A stretch of 64,000 nucleotides of DNA from the NCBI GenBank assembly GCA_964016885.1, contig OZ024741.1, positions 181,846,001 to 181,910,000 on the forward strand, given 5' to 3'. A program made the translations under genes and the position numbers. The notes beneath the pieces are model-generated. The model searched no databases and was not told where the DNA came from. It saw only the letters and a list, made by a program, of their open reading frames with translations. The first letter of the stretch is position 1; every line of letters begins with the position of its first letter. The DNA is from Eledone cirrhosa. Lineage: Eukaryota. This document shows, in pieces, positions 1 through 14,367 of the stretch.

Positions 1-47
<47 letters not shown>

Positions 48-201
48 CATATATATATATATAAATATGCATGCATATGTGTGTATATATATAAATATGT
101 GGGGGGTTGGGGGCGTGTGTGTGTGCTTGTATGTATGTATATATGTGTGTGCGTGCGTGTGTATATATATAGTTTGGATTTGTCTTTGCGCATTTAAACT
201 C

Positions 202-273
202 GCATATCTGATGAGATGTCGAGGAAGAGTCGGGTCCCTGTGCTGATCGATATTGAAAAAACTGTAAATATGC
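202..273 (+). ncRNA. Degenerate type I hammerhead-ribozyme-like motif, probable Penelope-like pLTR remnant
   Basis: GCATAT-CTGATGA-GATGTCGA...TCGATATT-GAAA-aaactgta-a-ATATGC. Stem I (GCATAT/ATATGC), the CUGAUGA core, stem II and GAAA are present; stem III is poor. Confidence 0.55.
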
Positions 274-603
274 AAATAAAGTTTATATATATGCTCCGAC
301 AGTGACTTCGATCCCACTTTCATTTCTCTCTGCACACTACAGACGCCTTAACTTTGAAATACAACCCAATATGAGACGGGTTTCCTAACAGTATCGAGTG
401 CTCCGAAAGGCGCACCACCTGTAACTATAATTACACACTTAACTATTCCCGCCCACACACACATACAGGCCCATTCATACTGGTCTTCTTTCTCCACGCC
501 ATCGATGTTGTCCAAGGGAAAAGCAAAGGCTGATGCAGCCCCGTACCAATGACGTCATAACTCACGAGGTGAGCCAGGCGGAGCCGAAGGAAGGTGGTGA
601 TGT

Positions 604-652
<49 letters not shown>

Positions 653-999
653 AAAGCAATAGGATTCCGCTTCAAGCATAGCTTTATACAATACTAGCAG
701 TAAAGCCCGGCGTTGCTCGGGGTCGCTCAGTAGCTGTGTTAAAGTTACAATGTTAAGTTTCCTTTTTGGCTTAAAAACTGTAGTGTCTACTGTGCAGACT
801 TGCATGTGGTGTTTTTGATTAATATTCCCTCAACCAACAATATGCCTGATGAAGTTAAGAAAACATAACGATAACCCGAATGTTATAACAAAAGAGGATG
901 CTGGGGATAAAAACTGCACTGGTTATTTATTAACAAAGATCGAAAATGTAAACACTGCAACGCAGAGAAAAACATTAGCGTAACCAAATTATCAGTTAT

Positions 1000-1232
1000 G
1001 TCTGTCTGCACGCCTATATCACCTCTCTGCACGACTATCTGTCTGCACGCCTATATCACCTCTCTGCACGACTGTCTGTCTGCACGCCTATATCAACTCT
1101 CTGCACGACTGTCTGTCTGCACGCCTATATCACCTCTCTGCACAACTGTCTGTCTGCACGCCTATATCACCTATCTGCACGACTGTCTGTCTGCACGACT
1201 GTCTGTCTGCACGACTGTCTGTCTGCACGCCT
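1000..1232. repeat. Minisatellite (37-bp unit with 16-bp subunits) inside the Helitron
   Basis: Tandem tgtctgtctgcacgcctatatcacctctctgcacgac and tgtctgtctgcacgac units. Confidence 0.85.
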
Positions 1233-1403
1233 AACGACGAAATATTTGCTTGTTTTACGTAGTCTTTAAATAGACTTGTTTTCAAGTAAAAATATTGTTT
1301 TAAAAGGCTTTTAAATGGAAATGAAGCAAAACGGTAGCTTAGTGTTCGAACTGATGAATTTTGCAGGTCAAAATTTTGCTGGCTCGACAACTGTTCGTGT
1401 AAA

Positions 1404-1678
1404 GCCAGCGTAATTTTTTTAATTTTTGCCAGCGTAATTTTTTTAATTTTTGCACGCAGAAAATGTAAACAGAACGTAAGACGCTACGCTGAATGTAAAC
1501 AGAACAAAGGGAAATAATTTTTTTAATTTTTGCACGCAGAAAATCTAAAGAGAACGTAAGACGCTACGCTGAATGTAAACAGAACAAAGGGAAATCATTT
1601 TTTAAATTTTTGCACGCAGAAAATGTAAAGAGAACGTAAGACGCTACGCTGAATGTAAACAGAACAAAGGGAAATAAC
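1404..1678. repeat. Internal tandem repeats (~80-85 bp unit, about 3 copies) in the Helitron
   Basis: Repeated ttttgcacgcagaaaatgtaaa..agaacgtaagacgctacgctgaatgtaaacagaacaaagggaaat. Confidence 0.8.
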
Positions 1679-2794
1679 TGATCACTTACGCTCAAAAATC
1701 GATACATTATATTCGATTTCGTCAGATAGGGCGGGTCAATTTGAAATATTTTTTTTCCGATGTCTTCGCTAGGGCTCAATGTACAAGTATAGCAATTTCG
1801 GTGCAATTCCGTGAGAGATTCTAAGAGGAGATGTGTGCCAAAAATCGATAGACAGACAGACAACCTCAGTTTTATATATATAGATGTATAAATATTTCGT
1901 ATCTCCAAAGAAATACGGCTTTAGGAAGTCGTAGCTATGCAAACACCGGGGTGCTAACGCCCTATTGTGATGTCCAGCAGAAGCAAGGGGGATAACCGTC
2001 TATGCGTTTCAGGCTTAACTGGCCTTCGTCAGGACGGTCCCTCCCACCGCTTGCGATTGCTGGATATCACCAGAGGGCGTTAGCCCCCCGGTGTTTGCAT
2101 AGCTACGACTTCCTAAAACCGTATTTCTTTGGAGATACGAAATATTTAAACATATTGTATAAAGCTATGCTTGAAGCGAAATCCTATTTCTTTTTTACTA
2201 TAAGTTGAGCCAACCTATGCAGCTTCATATGCAAATGAGATTAATCACCTCATGTGCATACTAGGAAAATACCTCGAAATTAACATAACCCTGCAAAACT
2301 TCGTAAATAGCCAGAACATTGCATAATAAGAAAATACTCTGAATAAAACAAGTTTGGCGTAAATCGCACATGGACAATATTTTCAATTTTCCAAAAATCG
2401 CAAGAAATTCATCTAAATTCAATTTATCTTATTTTATAATGAATATCGAAAGGAATAATCCATTTGTTTTTTGGTTGTCCATTCTGTAGGTAAGAGAGAC
2501 AGAGAGGGGGAGAAAGAGAAAGAGAGGGGTGAGAGAGAGAAAGAGAGAGTGAGGGTGAGAGAGATACAGAGAGAGAGAGTGAGGGGATGAGAGAGAGAGA
2601 GAGAGAGAGAGGAGATGACAGATAGGGAAAGAGACAGCGTCCTTAACTTTTATTTATTTTAACTCTCCCCTCTATCCATAACGTTATTTCTTTTTCTCGC
2701 TTTCACAGTTATACTGCCACCGTGTGTATCTGTATATGTATGTGTGCCAGTGTGTGTGTGTGTATGTGTGTGTAACAGTACTTAAGTTAGAGAC

Positions 2795-2882
<88 letters not shown>

Positions 2883-3592
2883 GATATCTTCGTAAATAGC
2901 CAAAATGGTGCATAATGGAAAAATATCCCTGTAAGTGATATAACTCTGAAATGGGGATAAAACAGATTTGACGTAAATCGACATAAAAATATTTCTCGAA
3001 TGATGAAAATAGTTTAATAATTATTAAAAAAAGATTTTTCAGTGATTTCTCAGTGAATATGATTTCAAAACTACAAGTTGTTTGTACTTCAAGTATCTAT
3101 ATTTCAGCTTTCTTTAAACAGAGGATATTTGAATTATCAGAATAGCATTAAGTGAATAACACTGAAAAATACCAGTTGGTGTTAAACAGTAGGTGTTTAT
3201 ATTTTTGCTTTTGTTAAAAAGAATATTTCAATTATTTAGAAATATTTTAAAGTGAATTTGATTTTACAAATAGCTTTATTTACATAGACAATATCTTCAA
3301 GTGAATACGATGGAAAATATATTTCTTGGCATATTTAAAAAATATTCTTAAGTGAAAATGACTTAAAAAATACAAATTATTTGTACACTGAGTATATATA
3401 TTTCAGCTTTCTTTAAACAGAATATTTTAATTATTAAGTATTTTTTAAGTGAATATGATTTGAAAAATACGAGTTGTTTAAACACAATATTTTCATTATT
3501 TAGAAATATTTCTAAATGATGATTTAAAAAAAATATTTGTTGAGGTAATAGGAATTTTTTCTAAGGTGAATACGATTTTCGATTCTTAAATA

Positions 3593-6500
3593 ATGCCTCA
3601 ACGAGGAAGAAAGAAAACATCTGGTTGGTCTATCGATAGTGAAAAGAAAGCACGGCGAAGGAGAGCCGAAGAAGGTGAGCAAGATAGTGGTTAACGCAAA
3701 CAAGATCGGGACAGGCATGCGAATAGAAGGATCGATGAGACTGATAAAGCAAGGACTTCGCGTCTGACGGAACAGACGTAAAGAGAAAGAAGCAGGAGAG
3801 ATCATGAATCGGATGGTCGGAGAGCTGAGCGTCTGGCGGAACAGAGGGAAAGAGACAGAAGCTGGAGAGATCATGAATCGGTTGGTCTGAGAGCTGAGCG
3901 TCAGGCGGAACAGAGGGAAAGAGACAGAAGAAGGAGATATGACGAATCGGACGCTCCGAGAACTGAACGTCTTTGCCAACAAACCATTAGAGATATAGCA
4001 AGGACAGTTCAACGATGTGACCTCTCTGCTGATGTTGGACAGATGAATAAGATCTGTGTCTGTTGTCATGCAATGCTTGTTCATGGTGAAACTGCTAACT
4101 TTTGCTGTATGAATGGAAAAGTCAGGTTGGGGAATCTGCAGCCTTTACCCCAGGAACTTCACAGTTTATTTAGTACTGATCAATCTAGGGCAAACGAGTT
4201 CAGGAAGAACCTCAGACAATACAACTGCCTGTTCCAAATGACATCTTTTGGGGCCGATGAAGTTCGTTATTCATGGTCAAATCCACCATTTGATCGGTTC
4301 CTTAACCCCTAATCCCAACGAACAACCCCAATTTCTTCAAATTTACTTCTTGGATCCTCAGGATAGTGTTGATTTGAGGATCAGGATACTCCATAACGAT
4401 GGCATTCAGCGCGACATAGTTGAATTATTGGAAATAATACTCAGACAATATAACCCTTACGTTGCTTCATTTCGAATGGCAAAAGAACAAATTAAAATAT
4501 TCCCGAAGCTTCGATTATTATTGAACCTGATAGGAGACCAGCAATGGAATATGAGAGAAGATTCAATGCACAAACTGCAAACGAAGTTGCCGTTATTATA
4601 CAAAACAGCACCGAAGTTCAAGCAAAAGCACGGCACATTGTGTTGAAAGAAAAAAGCGGACAATTGCAAATAATCTCAGAGTCCCATCGGTTCTATGACA
4701 GTTTGCAGTATGTTCTATTTTTTTCCATTTGGCGATGACGGATCGCATCATGAGCTGTTAATGAGCAACAACAAGAAGTTGACGCCAATGCGCTACTATG
4801 CCTATCGAATAGTGAATCATGAGAATGAATTCAACCAACTTCTCAGAGGCGGTCGTTTATTTTAGCAATATTTGGTTGACATGGCTGTGAAGATTGAAGA
4901 AGATAGACTGCAATACATCCGAATGAATCAAATATCATTGTGATCTACAACATACAAGGGCCTTACTGATGCATTGAATGATGGTGACGATTTTCGCATA
5001 TATTGGCAGGCGAATCATACTCTCTTCCACATTCGTCGGTGGACCGAGATATATGATGGAGAGATGCCAGGATGCCATGATGTACATACGGAAGTACGGC
5101 AATCCATCACAATCGTTCTTCATCACAATGACATGCAATCCAAACTGGCCTGAAATTCAGCAAAACCTATTCCTGAATCAGAAGCCAAATGACAGGCCAG
5201 ATTTAATTGCCAGAGTATTTGACTTGAAGCGGAAACTGTTAAGCAAGTATCTTACTGGAGTAGATGGCCTATTTGGCAAATGCATAGATTACGTCGAATA
5301 TCAAAAGCGAGGTCTTCCTCGTGTGCACTGTTTGCTATGGCTCAATGAAGCCTCCAAGCCCAGACCGCAGGAATATGATAAATTTGTTCAAGCCGAAATA
5401 CCAGATCCAACCAAAGATCCAGAGGGTCATGATTTGGTGCTGAAGCACACGATCCACGGTCCGAATTGTTCTAACGATTCGCCGTGTTGGAAAGATGGAA
5501 CGTGCAGTAAGCGGTACCCTAAGCCCTTCAATGAATATACATTGTGTGGAGAGGACTCTTATCCTGTGTACAGAAGACGGTCTCCAGGAATGGGAGGATT
5601 TGAGGGGCACCAAGAAGGAAGGGGAAGACGAAATATAACTTCGGAATGGGTGGTTCCCTACAATATGAAACTATTAAAACTGTTCAACTGCCACCTAAAC
5701 GTAGAGATGTGCTCTTCCGTGAAATCGATAAAACATGTTATCAAATATACCATGAAGGGCAGTGATCAGGCAATGTTTGGAGTGAACAGGGAAGTTGAGA
5801 TACTACAGTATTTAACAGGAAGATATATCGGTCCTTCAGAAGTTGTTGCCTTGGTACTTGGATTTCCAATTCATGAGAGAGAACCGGCCGTAGTTCGCCT
5901 TCAATTTCATCTACCTGAGGAAAATCAAATCTTCTTTCGGGTCAATGCTGCTGTTAAAGTAAACAATAACATGGCTAAGACGACTCTGACTGAGTTCATG
6001 GATCTTTGCGATCGCGATTCGTTTGCAAAAACATTGTATTATGCCGATGTGCCAAAGTTTTACACTTGGAGTAATAAGAGATGGGAAAGGAGAAAGGTGG
6101 GGAAAACAGTTGAGCAGTATCCAGGGATTTTTGAGTCGAACGTTGTGGGACGAGTATACAATGTTTCTCCACGAAGTGGTGACCTGTATTATTTAAGACT
6201 CCTTCTGCATCACGTCAAAGGGCCAGTATCCTTCAACTCTTTGAAAATGTGTGATGGAGAACTCCTGCCATTATTCAAAGACGTCTGCAGAGAGAAAGGT
6301 TTGCTTCAATCGGATGATCATTGGCAGCAGACTCTGGAAGATGCTGAGCGAACAACGCTTCCCAAAGCCATGAGAGATCTATTCATCGGGCTCCTCACAA
6401 ATGCGGAAATTGGCCATTCCAGTGCTTTATGGGCTCGATTTAAGCATTCGCTGTCTGGGGATTACCTTCAAATAGAAAAAAGGGCCACCAGAAACTCTAA

Positions 6501-8030
6501 CCTTTTTATTAGCGAGAGACATTATGATCAATGTCTTCTGTATTTTGAAGACAAACTTAACGACCTAGGCAAAGGTCTTAGCGACTTTAACTTGCCAAGG
6601 CCAAATAATATTGTTGCTAATCAGGATATTGGCAATTTGGTGTTATTGCATGAATTGCAATACACCAGAGAAGAGCAGCGTCGATTTGTAGAAGAGACGG
6701 AGTCTCTATTGAATAGTGAACAAAAACACGTGTATGACTTGCGTTTGTAACAGTTTAGAGACGAACACATCTGCATTGAGTTTCATTGACGCTCCAGGTG
6801 GAACAGGAAAGACATTCCTGATTAACTTAATTCTTTCAAAGGTCAGGGGAAACGGTGACGTGGCTATTGCTGTTGCGACATCTGGCATTGCCGCAACACT
6901 GATGCCTGGTGGAAGAACAGCGCATTCTAGGTTCAAAATACAGATAGTAGTGAAAGAAAATGGTCTGTGCAACATTGATAAAAACTCAAAGACGGCAAAC
7001 CTCTTCCAGCATACAAGGCTGATTATTTGGAATGAGTGTCCTATGATTCGGAGGGAAAGCTTCGAAGCTGTTGACCTCACTCTGCGTGACATATGCGACA
7101 ACCATGAGGCATTCGGTGGAATTTTGACAATCTGCTGTGGCGATTTCCGTCAGCTTCTTCCGGTAGTGAAAAGGGGAATGAAGCGGACGTGGAAAACGCC
7201 TGCATTAAAAAATCCTACTTATGGCGAAGCTTCAAAAGATTTCAGTTGAAGACAAACATGCGATTGGGTGGGGGAGCAGGAGACTATTCACAGTTCCTAT
7301 TGGATATTGGAGAAGATAAGATAAAAAAACTGAAAATGAGGAAATTATTTTGCCAAAAGAAATGGTTCTCCAAGCAACAACTATGAAAGAATGTATTGAT
7401 TTCATCTACCCCTCATTCGACAATACAGCTGAAGTGTTTTCGAACAATTGCATCTTAGTACCTCTCAATGAAATGATGAGAAGCATCAATTCCACCTGTA
7501 TCAGACGCTTCCCTGGAACCATGAAAGAGTACCGATCCTATAATTCTGTGAGTGATGGTGCCAATGCCACTCATTTCCCGACTGAATTCCTTGATTCGGT
7601 TGAACTATCAGGACTGCCACCACATAACCTGGAATTGAAAAAAGGATCGCCAATAATTCTTATGAGAAACTTGAATCTTCCAAGGTTTTGTAATGGAACG
7701 CGCATGATCGTGGAAGAACTGCACGACAATCTCATAGTAGCAAGAATCAACACTGCTGCTTTCAGAAATGAGATCGTTATTATACCTAGAATACCTTTGC
7801 AGCGAAGCCAATTCCCAGTTCAATCGTGCTTCGCTATGACTATTCATAAAGCACAAGGACAAACTATGGAAAACGTCTTGGTTTATCTGGAACGACCTGT
7901 ATTCCAACACGGTCAACTGTATGTAGCCCTTAGCCGCGGAAAACGAAAAGAAAATGTCAGAGTGTTTCTGAAGGATACCCAGTCAACTAAGAATGTTGTC
8001 ATCAAAAGCCTTCTTTTGAACAAACTGTAA
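3593..8030 (+). pseudogene. Helitron Rep/helicase (RepHel) transposase gene, disrupted by frameshifts and stops
   Basis: N-terminal R/E-rich repeats; zinc-finger-like CVCCHA..FCCMNGKV; Rep motifs FFITMTCNPNWPEI, VEYQKRGLPRVH, CSKRYPK, YPVYRRR, WVVPYN; PIF1 helicase motifs DAPGGTGKT, GGRTAHSRFK, GDFRQLLPV, CNGTR, FAMTIHKAQGQT, HGQLYVALSR spread over ORFs 4043-8030. Confidence 0.93.
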
Positions 8031-8397
8031 CAGTATAAATATGAGAAAATGTTGATTCCGACGTCAGAAAATGAATGGAAAAGGAAAAACTAAGACAAGT
8101 AAGAATAATTTCTTTCAAAATTTTGTAAATAAAACCAGCTTTTCATTAACATTGCAACTTTTTAAGCAGAAAAATCTTTCACAACAAACAGTCAAGTATC
8201 CATAGAGATATAGAAAAAAGAATTTTGAAGTGGAGTGATTGGATAGCTATTAGTGAAAAATGATTTGATATTTTCTTTGTGAAAATACTTGTGAATAATA
8301 CAGTGAAAAGACAAGTTTCGCGTAAATCGGACCACGGGGCCCCGAGATACGCGGGTTTTTTCGGGTACCTTTATAAATAGCCAATCACTCTCTCTCC

Positions 8398-8430
<33 letters not shown>

Positions 8431-8514
8431 CTTTTTCTTTTTTTTTTCAATGTGGTTTACCGTTCGTGGTAGAGTCCGTACCGTTGTTAAATTAATATCT
8501 TATATATATTGAGA

Positions 8515-8549
<35 letters not shown>

Positions 8550-8588
8550 AGAGATAGGGAGAGAGGAAGTAAGTGAGGAAACATATAT

Positions 8589-8690
<102 letters not shown>

Positions 8691-9499
8691 ACTATCTATA
8701 AATAAATAGATATGTATGTATATTTCTATGTTTATGCGCGTGTGCGCATGCGTGGGCTACCAAGTCTACAAGCACGTGTCTGGCTATTTGAAGCATTTGG
8801 TAGTGGGGGCTTGTAATGTTCATTCACCACGTACATACACATATACATGTGACTGACAATACACCCTTCCGCTATAATAGTCTATCATAGATATTCAACA
8901 TTCTTATCTTTCTGAACTCAAATTAAAACAGTAATAGAAAATACAGAACACATTTAAATTGTTTGTCTCTATGTTGAAGAAACAAACAGAAGGTAGAGAA
9001 ACCATGAACACGTTAAGGCTAATAAGAAAAGAACACGAAAAGCTAATGAGATAATTTCTCAACAGACAAGTATTAATAGTGCTTTGTGTAGAAATGAATT
9101 AAAACGAAACTAATCGAAAGTGACGTCAGCCAAGCTTCTTCGATGAAGTTGCTGTGCATTCATGGCGGCAGTTGTAAATATGACGTCATCATGACGTAAC
9201 ACAATATGAAGTAATCATAATGTGTTTGTTTTACTTTTTATCATATATTGTACATTTTAGCTTCAATGCTGCTTTTACGATGTATCTAGATAGGTAAACA
9301 CGCATACATATATTTATAGTTGACATCTCAGATAATGTTTTTCATACAAATCGTTATCTATGAGTACTCAACTGCTGTTGCTTACGCACAAGATTAAAAG
9401 ATTTTTGTCTATTGTATATATGTATATATGTATATATGTATATATATATATCTATCTATGTACGAATATATATATGTATGTACTTATATACATATAAAT

Positions 9500-9575
<76 letters not shown>

Positions 9576-9808
9576 TTATATATATATAAATACATACATA
9601 TATATATATTCGTACATAGATTGATAGATATGTAGAGTGAGAGAGACAGAGAGATAGAGAGAGAGAGAGAAGTAGGAAAAGATAGGCACTCGATGGTAAC
9701 AAGTCCCAGTGTACATAAAGCGCTACTCATTGATACACACATGTCTATAAATATCTTTAGTCTATAAATGAGTATTTAGTATGTTACGCACCCACACAGG
9801 TCTATATA

Positions 9809-10165
9809 TACAGTGTAACCCAAGGCTTCACGGTCCTGGTTATTCGTGGAATTTTCCTTAGAACCTAATCAATAATTGTTTGTGGAAACCACCGCATATT
9901 CACGGAATCGTAAATATCTCCCGGGATGTTTTTAATGGCTTTTTCGTGGCAATATATATTCTTTTAACGCCAAATTATTAATAACAATGTACCGTATTGG
10001 ACGCCCCTTCGCCTTCGACGTTCCCTGGTTTTTTAAAATTATATTTTACGTTATATTTTGACGTTTATAGACATTTCTATGGACCACATCCAATATTCGC
10101 GGATTTTCACTCTTCGCGAGTGATCGAGGAGCGTAACCTCCGCGAATACCAGGGGACAACTCTCT
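9809..10165. mobile_element. Possible degenerate Tc1/mariner (Tigger/pogo-like) MITE
   Basis: Starts TA|CAGTG and ends cgcgaataccaggggacaac; only weak terminal complementarity. Confidence 0.3.
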
Positions 10166-11470
10166 ATATATTGAAACATGTATATATATATGTATGTATT
10201 CATGTATGTATGTATGAACTATAAGCAAACTTGAAGTGGAAACAAGAATGAAACGAGACACCATTGAATTATTTGTGGACGGGGTTTCACAGGGCTTCAA
10301 AGCCATTTCAGATCTCATGCCAGGAAGGAACAGACAAAGTGCAAGAAGTGGTCAAGCTTTGTAGGGATTAGATAACCCTCATGTATATATCATTTTTCAT
10401 GCATATATAATTTTTCAACTATATTTTTTTAATTCAAAATAGCTAGTCGGTTATGATCAAAAGGGTTTATGACAACGCCGGCTAGCGTATCTATTCTTAA
10501 CTTTTACTTTCAACAAGAGATTATGATTTGTGAGTACTTTGGCTACTGAAGCTAGCACATAAAATGACCGTATGAGCTCTCATATGGGATAGTGTATAAC
10601 TACAGAACAGACAGAACCGGCGCTATCATTAATGTCAACTAGTCGAGTGTCAAGGGCGCAGACTACAGAGAGGTGTATTACTGAATCTTAGAGTATCAGA
10701 GATGTAAATTAAATGTGTAGTAACAAATTGATGGTCAATATATCGCTAAAAATCTTTGCCGCATAACAATGTTGTGAAAATATCGTAAGCGGTGGTGAGG
10801 GTCATATGGAGTAATGACGTGTCACAAGGGAGAGTATGGACTGTGTAGGGGTCAGAGAACAAAATATCAAAATCTATGTTCGTTAATTTGCCAAATTAAG
10901 TTGAAATTATTATAATTTAGTGAGTGTGGCGTATAACTGCGAGAAGGGAGTGTACATTGTAGAGTTAGCCTATGGTGCTACATACATAGGCATTGGGGTT
11001 AGGATCAGATTAGCTTTCAGAAATCGATAAACGCAACAACTTCGAATCCTAGTAGAAGCTTCTCACTTCACTGTCATTGGCAGTGTTTATAATGTCCTTC
11101 TCTTTCTATCGCTTTTAAAGTATTAGGTGTGTTTGCATAGTTAATGAAAGAGACCAATATATGATAACAACAAACGAAAAGCGAAAACTAACGATAAGTA
11201 TCATGGCATGGCGTCATTTCTGTCACCGTGTTTGTGATTATTTTGAATTCTGAAGTCATCGAGTTGAGGGAGCATAAGATCTAAGTGGAAGCTTTTCTAT
11301 AATCAAATTCTGCACCTCGTTAGTCTCAATTGAATTACAAATAGGGCCAAATTTGTATTTCTATTCTCTGGAACATTAGTTCATTAGTTCATAAAAACTG
11401 AGTGTCAATGTTATCCTATTATTGGTTCAAAGAACACACACACGCACACACGCGCACACACACGCGCACG

Positions 11471-11502
<32 letters not shown>

Positions 11503-11510
11503 CACACGCG

Positions 11511-11587
<77 letters not shown>

Positions 11588-13306
11588 GCACACACACACA
11601 CACACAAACAAGCAACAACAAAAACAACAAAACACACACTTACATAGAAAAAAATACTAACAAAGAATTTGCCATATGTGTTGAGAAAGATTTGGTTTTG
11701 CAAAAACAGGGTTTTGGATTCAGTTTGGCTGAGTATCCTCTGCTATAGTCCCGGGTTCAATAATGTCTTATGAGTGAAAACTGGGGGAGAATACCGTCAT
11801 ATACACATACACCAACATTCCCACACACCCTCAAACACATAAGCACACACACATATATATATATATAAATATGAGTGTGTTGGTGCTTGATTTACTTTTA
11901 GTCGTTTGACAAAAATACCTCGATAATATAAGTTCTGGGATGGATATGGCCGATTAAATCCCTTGAAGGTGATGCTACAGAATGGCTGCAGTCCAGTGAT
12001 TGAAAATATTTAAAGAATAACGGAATTACAAAAATTAAATCAATAAAACATTTTTTAATGATAAAGAACTAAGATATAAATATAATTTACATATGTATTT
12101 GAGAACCTAATGAATGCGCCTCGAAATATCCTAGAAATCTCAGACAAAGCACCCTCCTTTTCTCTCCCAATTATTTTTGAAAAAGGGATTACATTAGAGA
12201 ATAAACGTGTAAGGATCAACGCTGGATTACAATTATTCATAAGATTACTGAAGGGGTGCGGAGCATGCGGTTTTCTAAAAGACAAAGTGCGACCTTGTGA
12301 AATAAGTTTAGTAATAAGTACTTTTGTTGTAATGGTAGCAGAAAGGCATTCAAGAGAGGTTCACAACAGTACAATTCATAAAGGTAGCAATTCGATGTTG
12401 GACTGATATGTTAGTAGTGATTACTACTTCAGGAAAACAGAGATGTAATAATGATGTTCACATTCCATGGTAGCGGAAAAGATCAGAAGGCATATTTCAA
12501 AACATAATAAAGATTTATTTTCTTCTTCATATTAATACAAATACAAGGCGAGTGAAGAGCTACAAACATATCGCATTATCAAGTTGAACGATAAATGTAA
12601 TTCTCCGACTTTAGAGGGCAAGATCAAGGAAATCTGGAAGCGAGTTACACGGTACTGCTCAGTAGAAGATTCCGAAAGTAACTGCGGAAAAATTGGTAAT
12701 TAGGCGCGAAATCAACTGCTGGGCGGAAGTCGTTCTTAGTATTACTACGCTACCAACCCTAAGGTTGGCGACTGACCAAGCACGACCAAATTACTCCGCC
12801 GCGATAAAGTAGCACTATTGCTTGCTACATAAGTAAGTTCGAATGCAAACCTTCATATTGAGGTATATTCTTGCTGATTTTATTTTATTTAAAGTTTACC
12901 TTTCGAACTAATTATGACCAGGAGAAAACACTCCACTTATATTTCTTTATTTACAGTTCTAATTGTATTTCGTAAAATTTCATATTTTAGTCAGAATATG
13001 ACCTCACTAGATGTCTGTTAATTTCTATGCCTCCCTCCAGCGTAAATATGTTCCCCACCCTCAGTCTACTTTATGAAACCGACCCAGGATTAAACAAAAA
13101 TAAATAATCCATCGTGCATTGGAGAGTTTAATCAGTGCATTTCCTGTGAGCTGTTTAGTGTCTGGTGTTTCGGACTTGATAGCTCGTCTGAAAAGAAGAA
13201 AATGAGAAGAAACAAATTGGTATTGTTGCTTTGGTTGGGAATAAGTGTCTCCAATAACTTCGATAATAATTTTATGGAATAACTTTTCTTGATTTATGGT
13301 CTAAAC

Positions 13307-13579
13307 CAGGCGAGGGCAACCTTTTTCGAGAAGCGGGTCGCATGAGATATGACTCATTATCAGACGGGCCGCAAGCTCTAATTTACATTCGTGCCCACAT
13401 AAAAAAGGGCGGTAACTCAGGTTGTTTTGATTTGTTTCTTCAGAATTCGTACACGTTGTTTTCATCGATCGTCAAAATGATAGAAAGATAAATTACGATT
13501 AAAAAATCAGAAAGATTTCACTAAGGTGACTTAGGCGAGCCATTTAGAAAGCTTCGCGGGCTGCAGATTGCTGTGACTG
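13307..13579. mobile_element. hAT (Charlie-like) MITE with 8-bp TSD
   Basis: CAG...CTG termini with imperfect TIR (CAGGCGAGGGCAAC / GATTGCTGTGACTG). Identical 8-bp flanks GTCTAAAC at 13299-13306 and 13580-13587 match the NTCTARAN target typical of Charlie elements. Confidence 0.8.
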
Positions 13580-14367
13580 GTCTAAACTTTAGTGGAATAA
13601 TGAGATTCTTTGTTATATTACTAAATCTCTCCAAATTCTTCATTATTTTTATAATTATTTGAAAATCATAGACAGTGCCTTTCATTAGAAATATGGAAAC
13701 AAAAATGGTTAATGGGTCATTATGACTTCAGTGAAGATGCGGCGTCTCAATGTAAAACGCTCTGAGCAAGACCTCACGTAAGAATATAATTCTTTCCATG
13801 GCCTGAAGTCGAGCGTTCGAGAATAGATCATTCAAATATGAAAATCGAAGCGTTTCAGAGATACTTTCAGGGTGCCCCCTACCAACATTAGCACATTACC
13901 CAAGATAAAATAGATCAGTTAGTTGATGTAGCCTCTTGGCTCTAATTTTGTCGCCTCTCATCTCGAGAAATAAACGGTAAAGTCAACACCGATGGAGTTT
14001 GAGCTCAGAATTGATAAGAACGAAATCACATACTAAAAGTCATTTAAACAAGTGTTCTATTATTTCTACCATATCAGTGTTCTAGCTCTTTAGAAAATAA
14101 CATTGAAAATTGTATCAGAATTAATGTATTAAGTCATATGTAGTTACATTTTAATGGGTTGAGGAAGCGATATCTAAATGACACTTCCATGGAAGCAGCA
14201 AAACACGAATAAATGAACACGAATCATCAGTACTTCGGTCATTTGCGACACTTTAGCTAGACTTGGCCAGCTGCGGTTCTAGAATAGTAGGTTTATGTTG
14301 CTGTAGTGTGTGGTCATTGTAATATATGGTTCTGTGTTGTGGATGTGTATTATAATATATTATTTAG

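Larger units (their letters stand above)
694..1884 (-). mobile_element. Complete non-autonomous Helitron (~1.19 kb)
   Basis: Minus strand starts A|TCTATATATATAAAA and ends with hairpin CCCGAGCAACGCCGGG followed by CTAG|T. It sits in an AT dinucleotide with no TSD, and the empty site is visible in the opposite foldback arm. Confidence 0.9.
651..2197. mobile_element. Foldback (inverted-repeat) element whose left arm is split by a Helitron insertion
   Basis: 651-693 joined to 1885-~2000 is the reverse complement of ~2030-2197 (e.g. aggattccgcttcaagcatagctttatacaata vs tattgtataaagctatgcttgaagcgaaatcct). The left end lies in (TA)n. Confidence 0.8.

Noticed and set aside
840-890. CTGATGA with a small stem inside the Helitron
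   Set aside because: GATA instead of GAAA and no stem I partner.
1000-1678. CRISPR-like arrays
   Set aside because: Tandem repeats without unique spacers, in a eukaryotic Helitron context.
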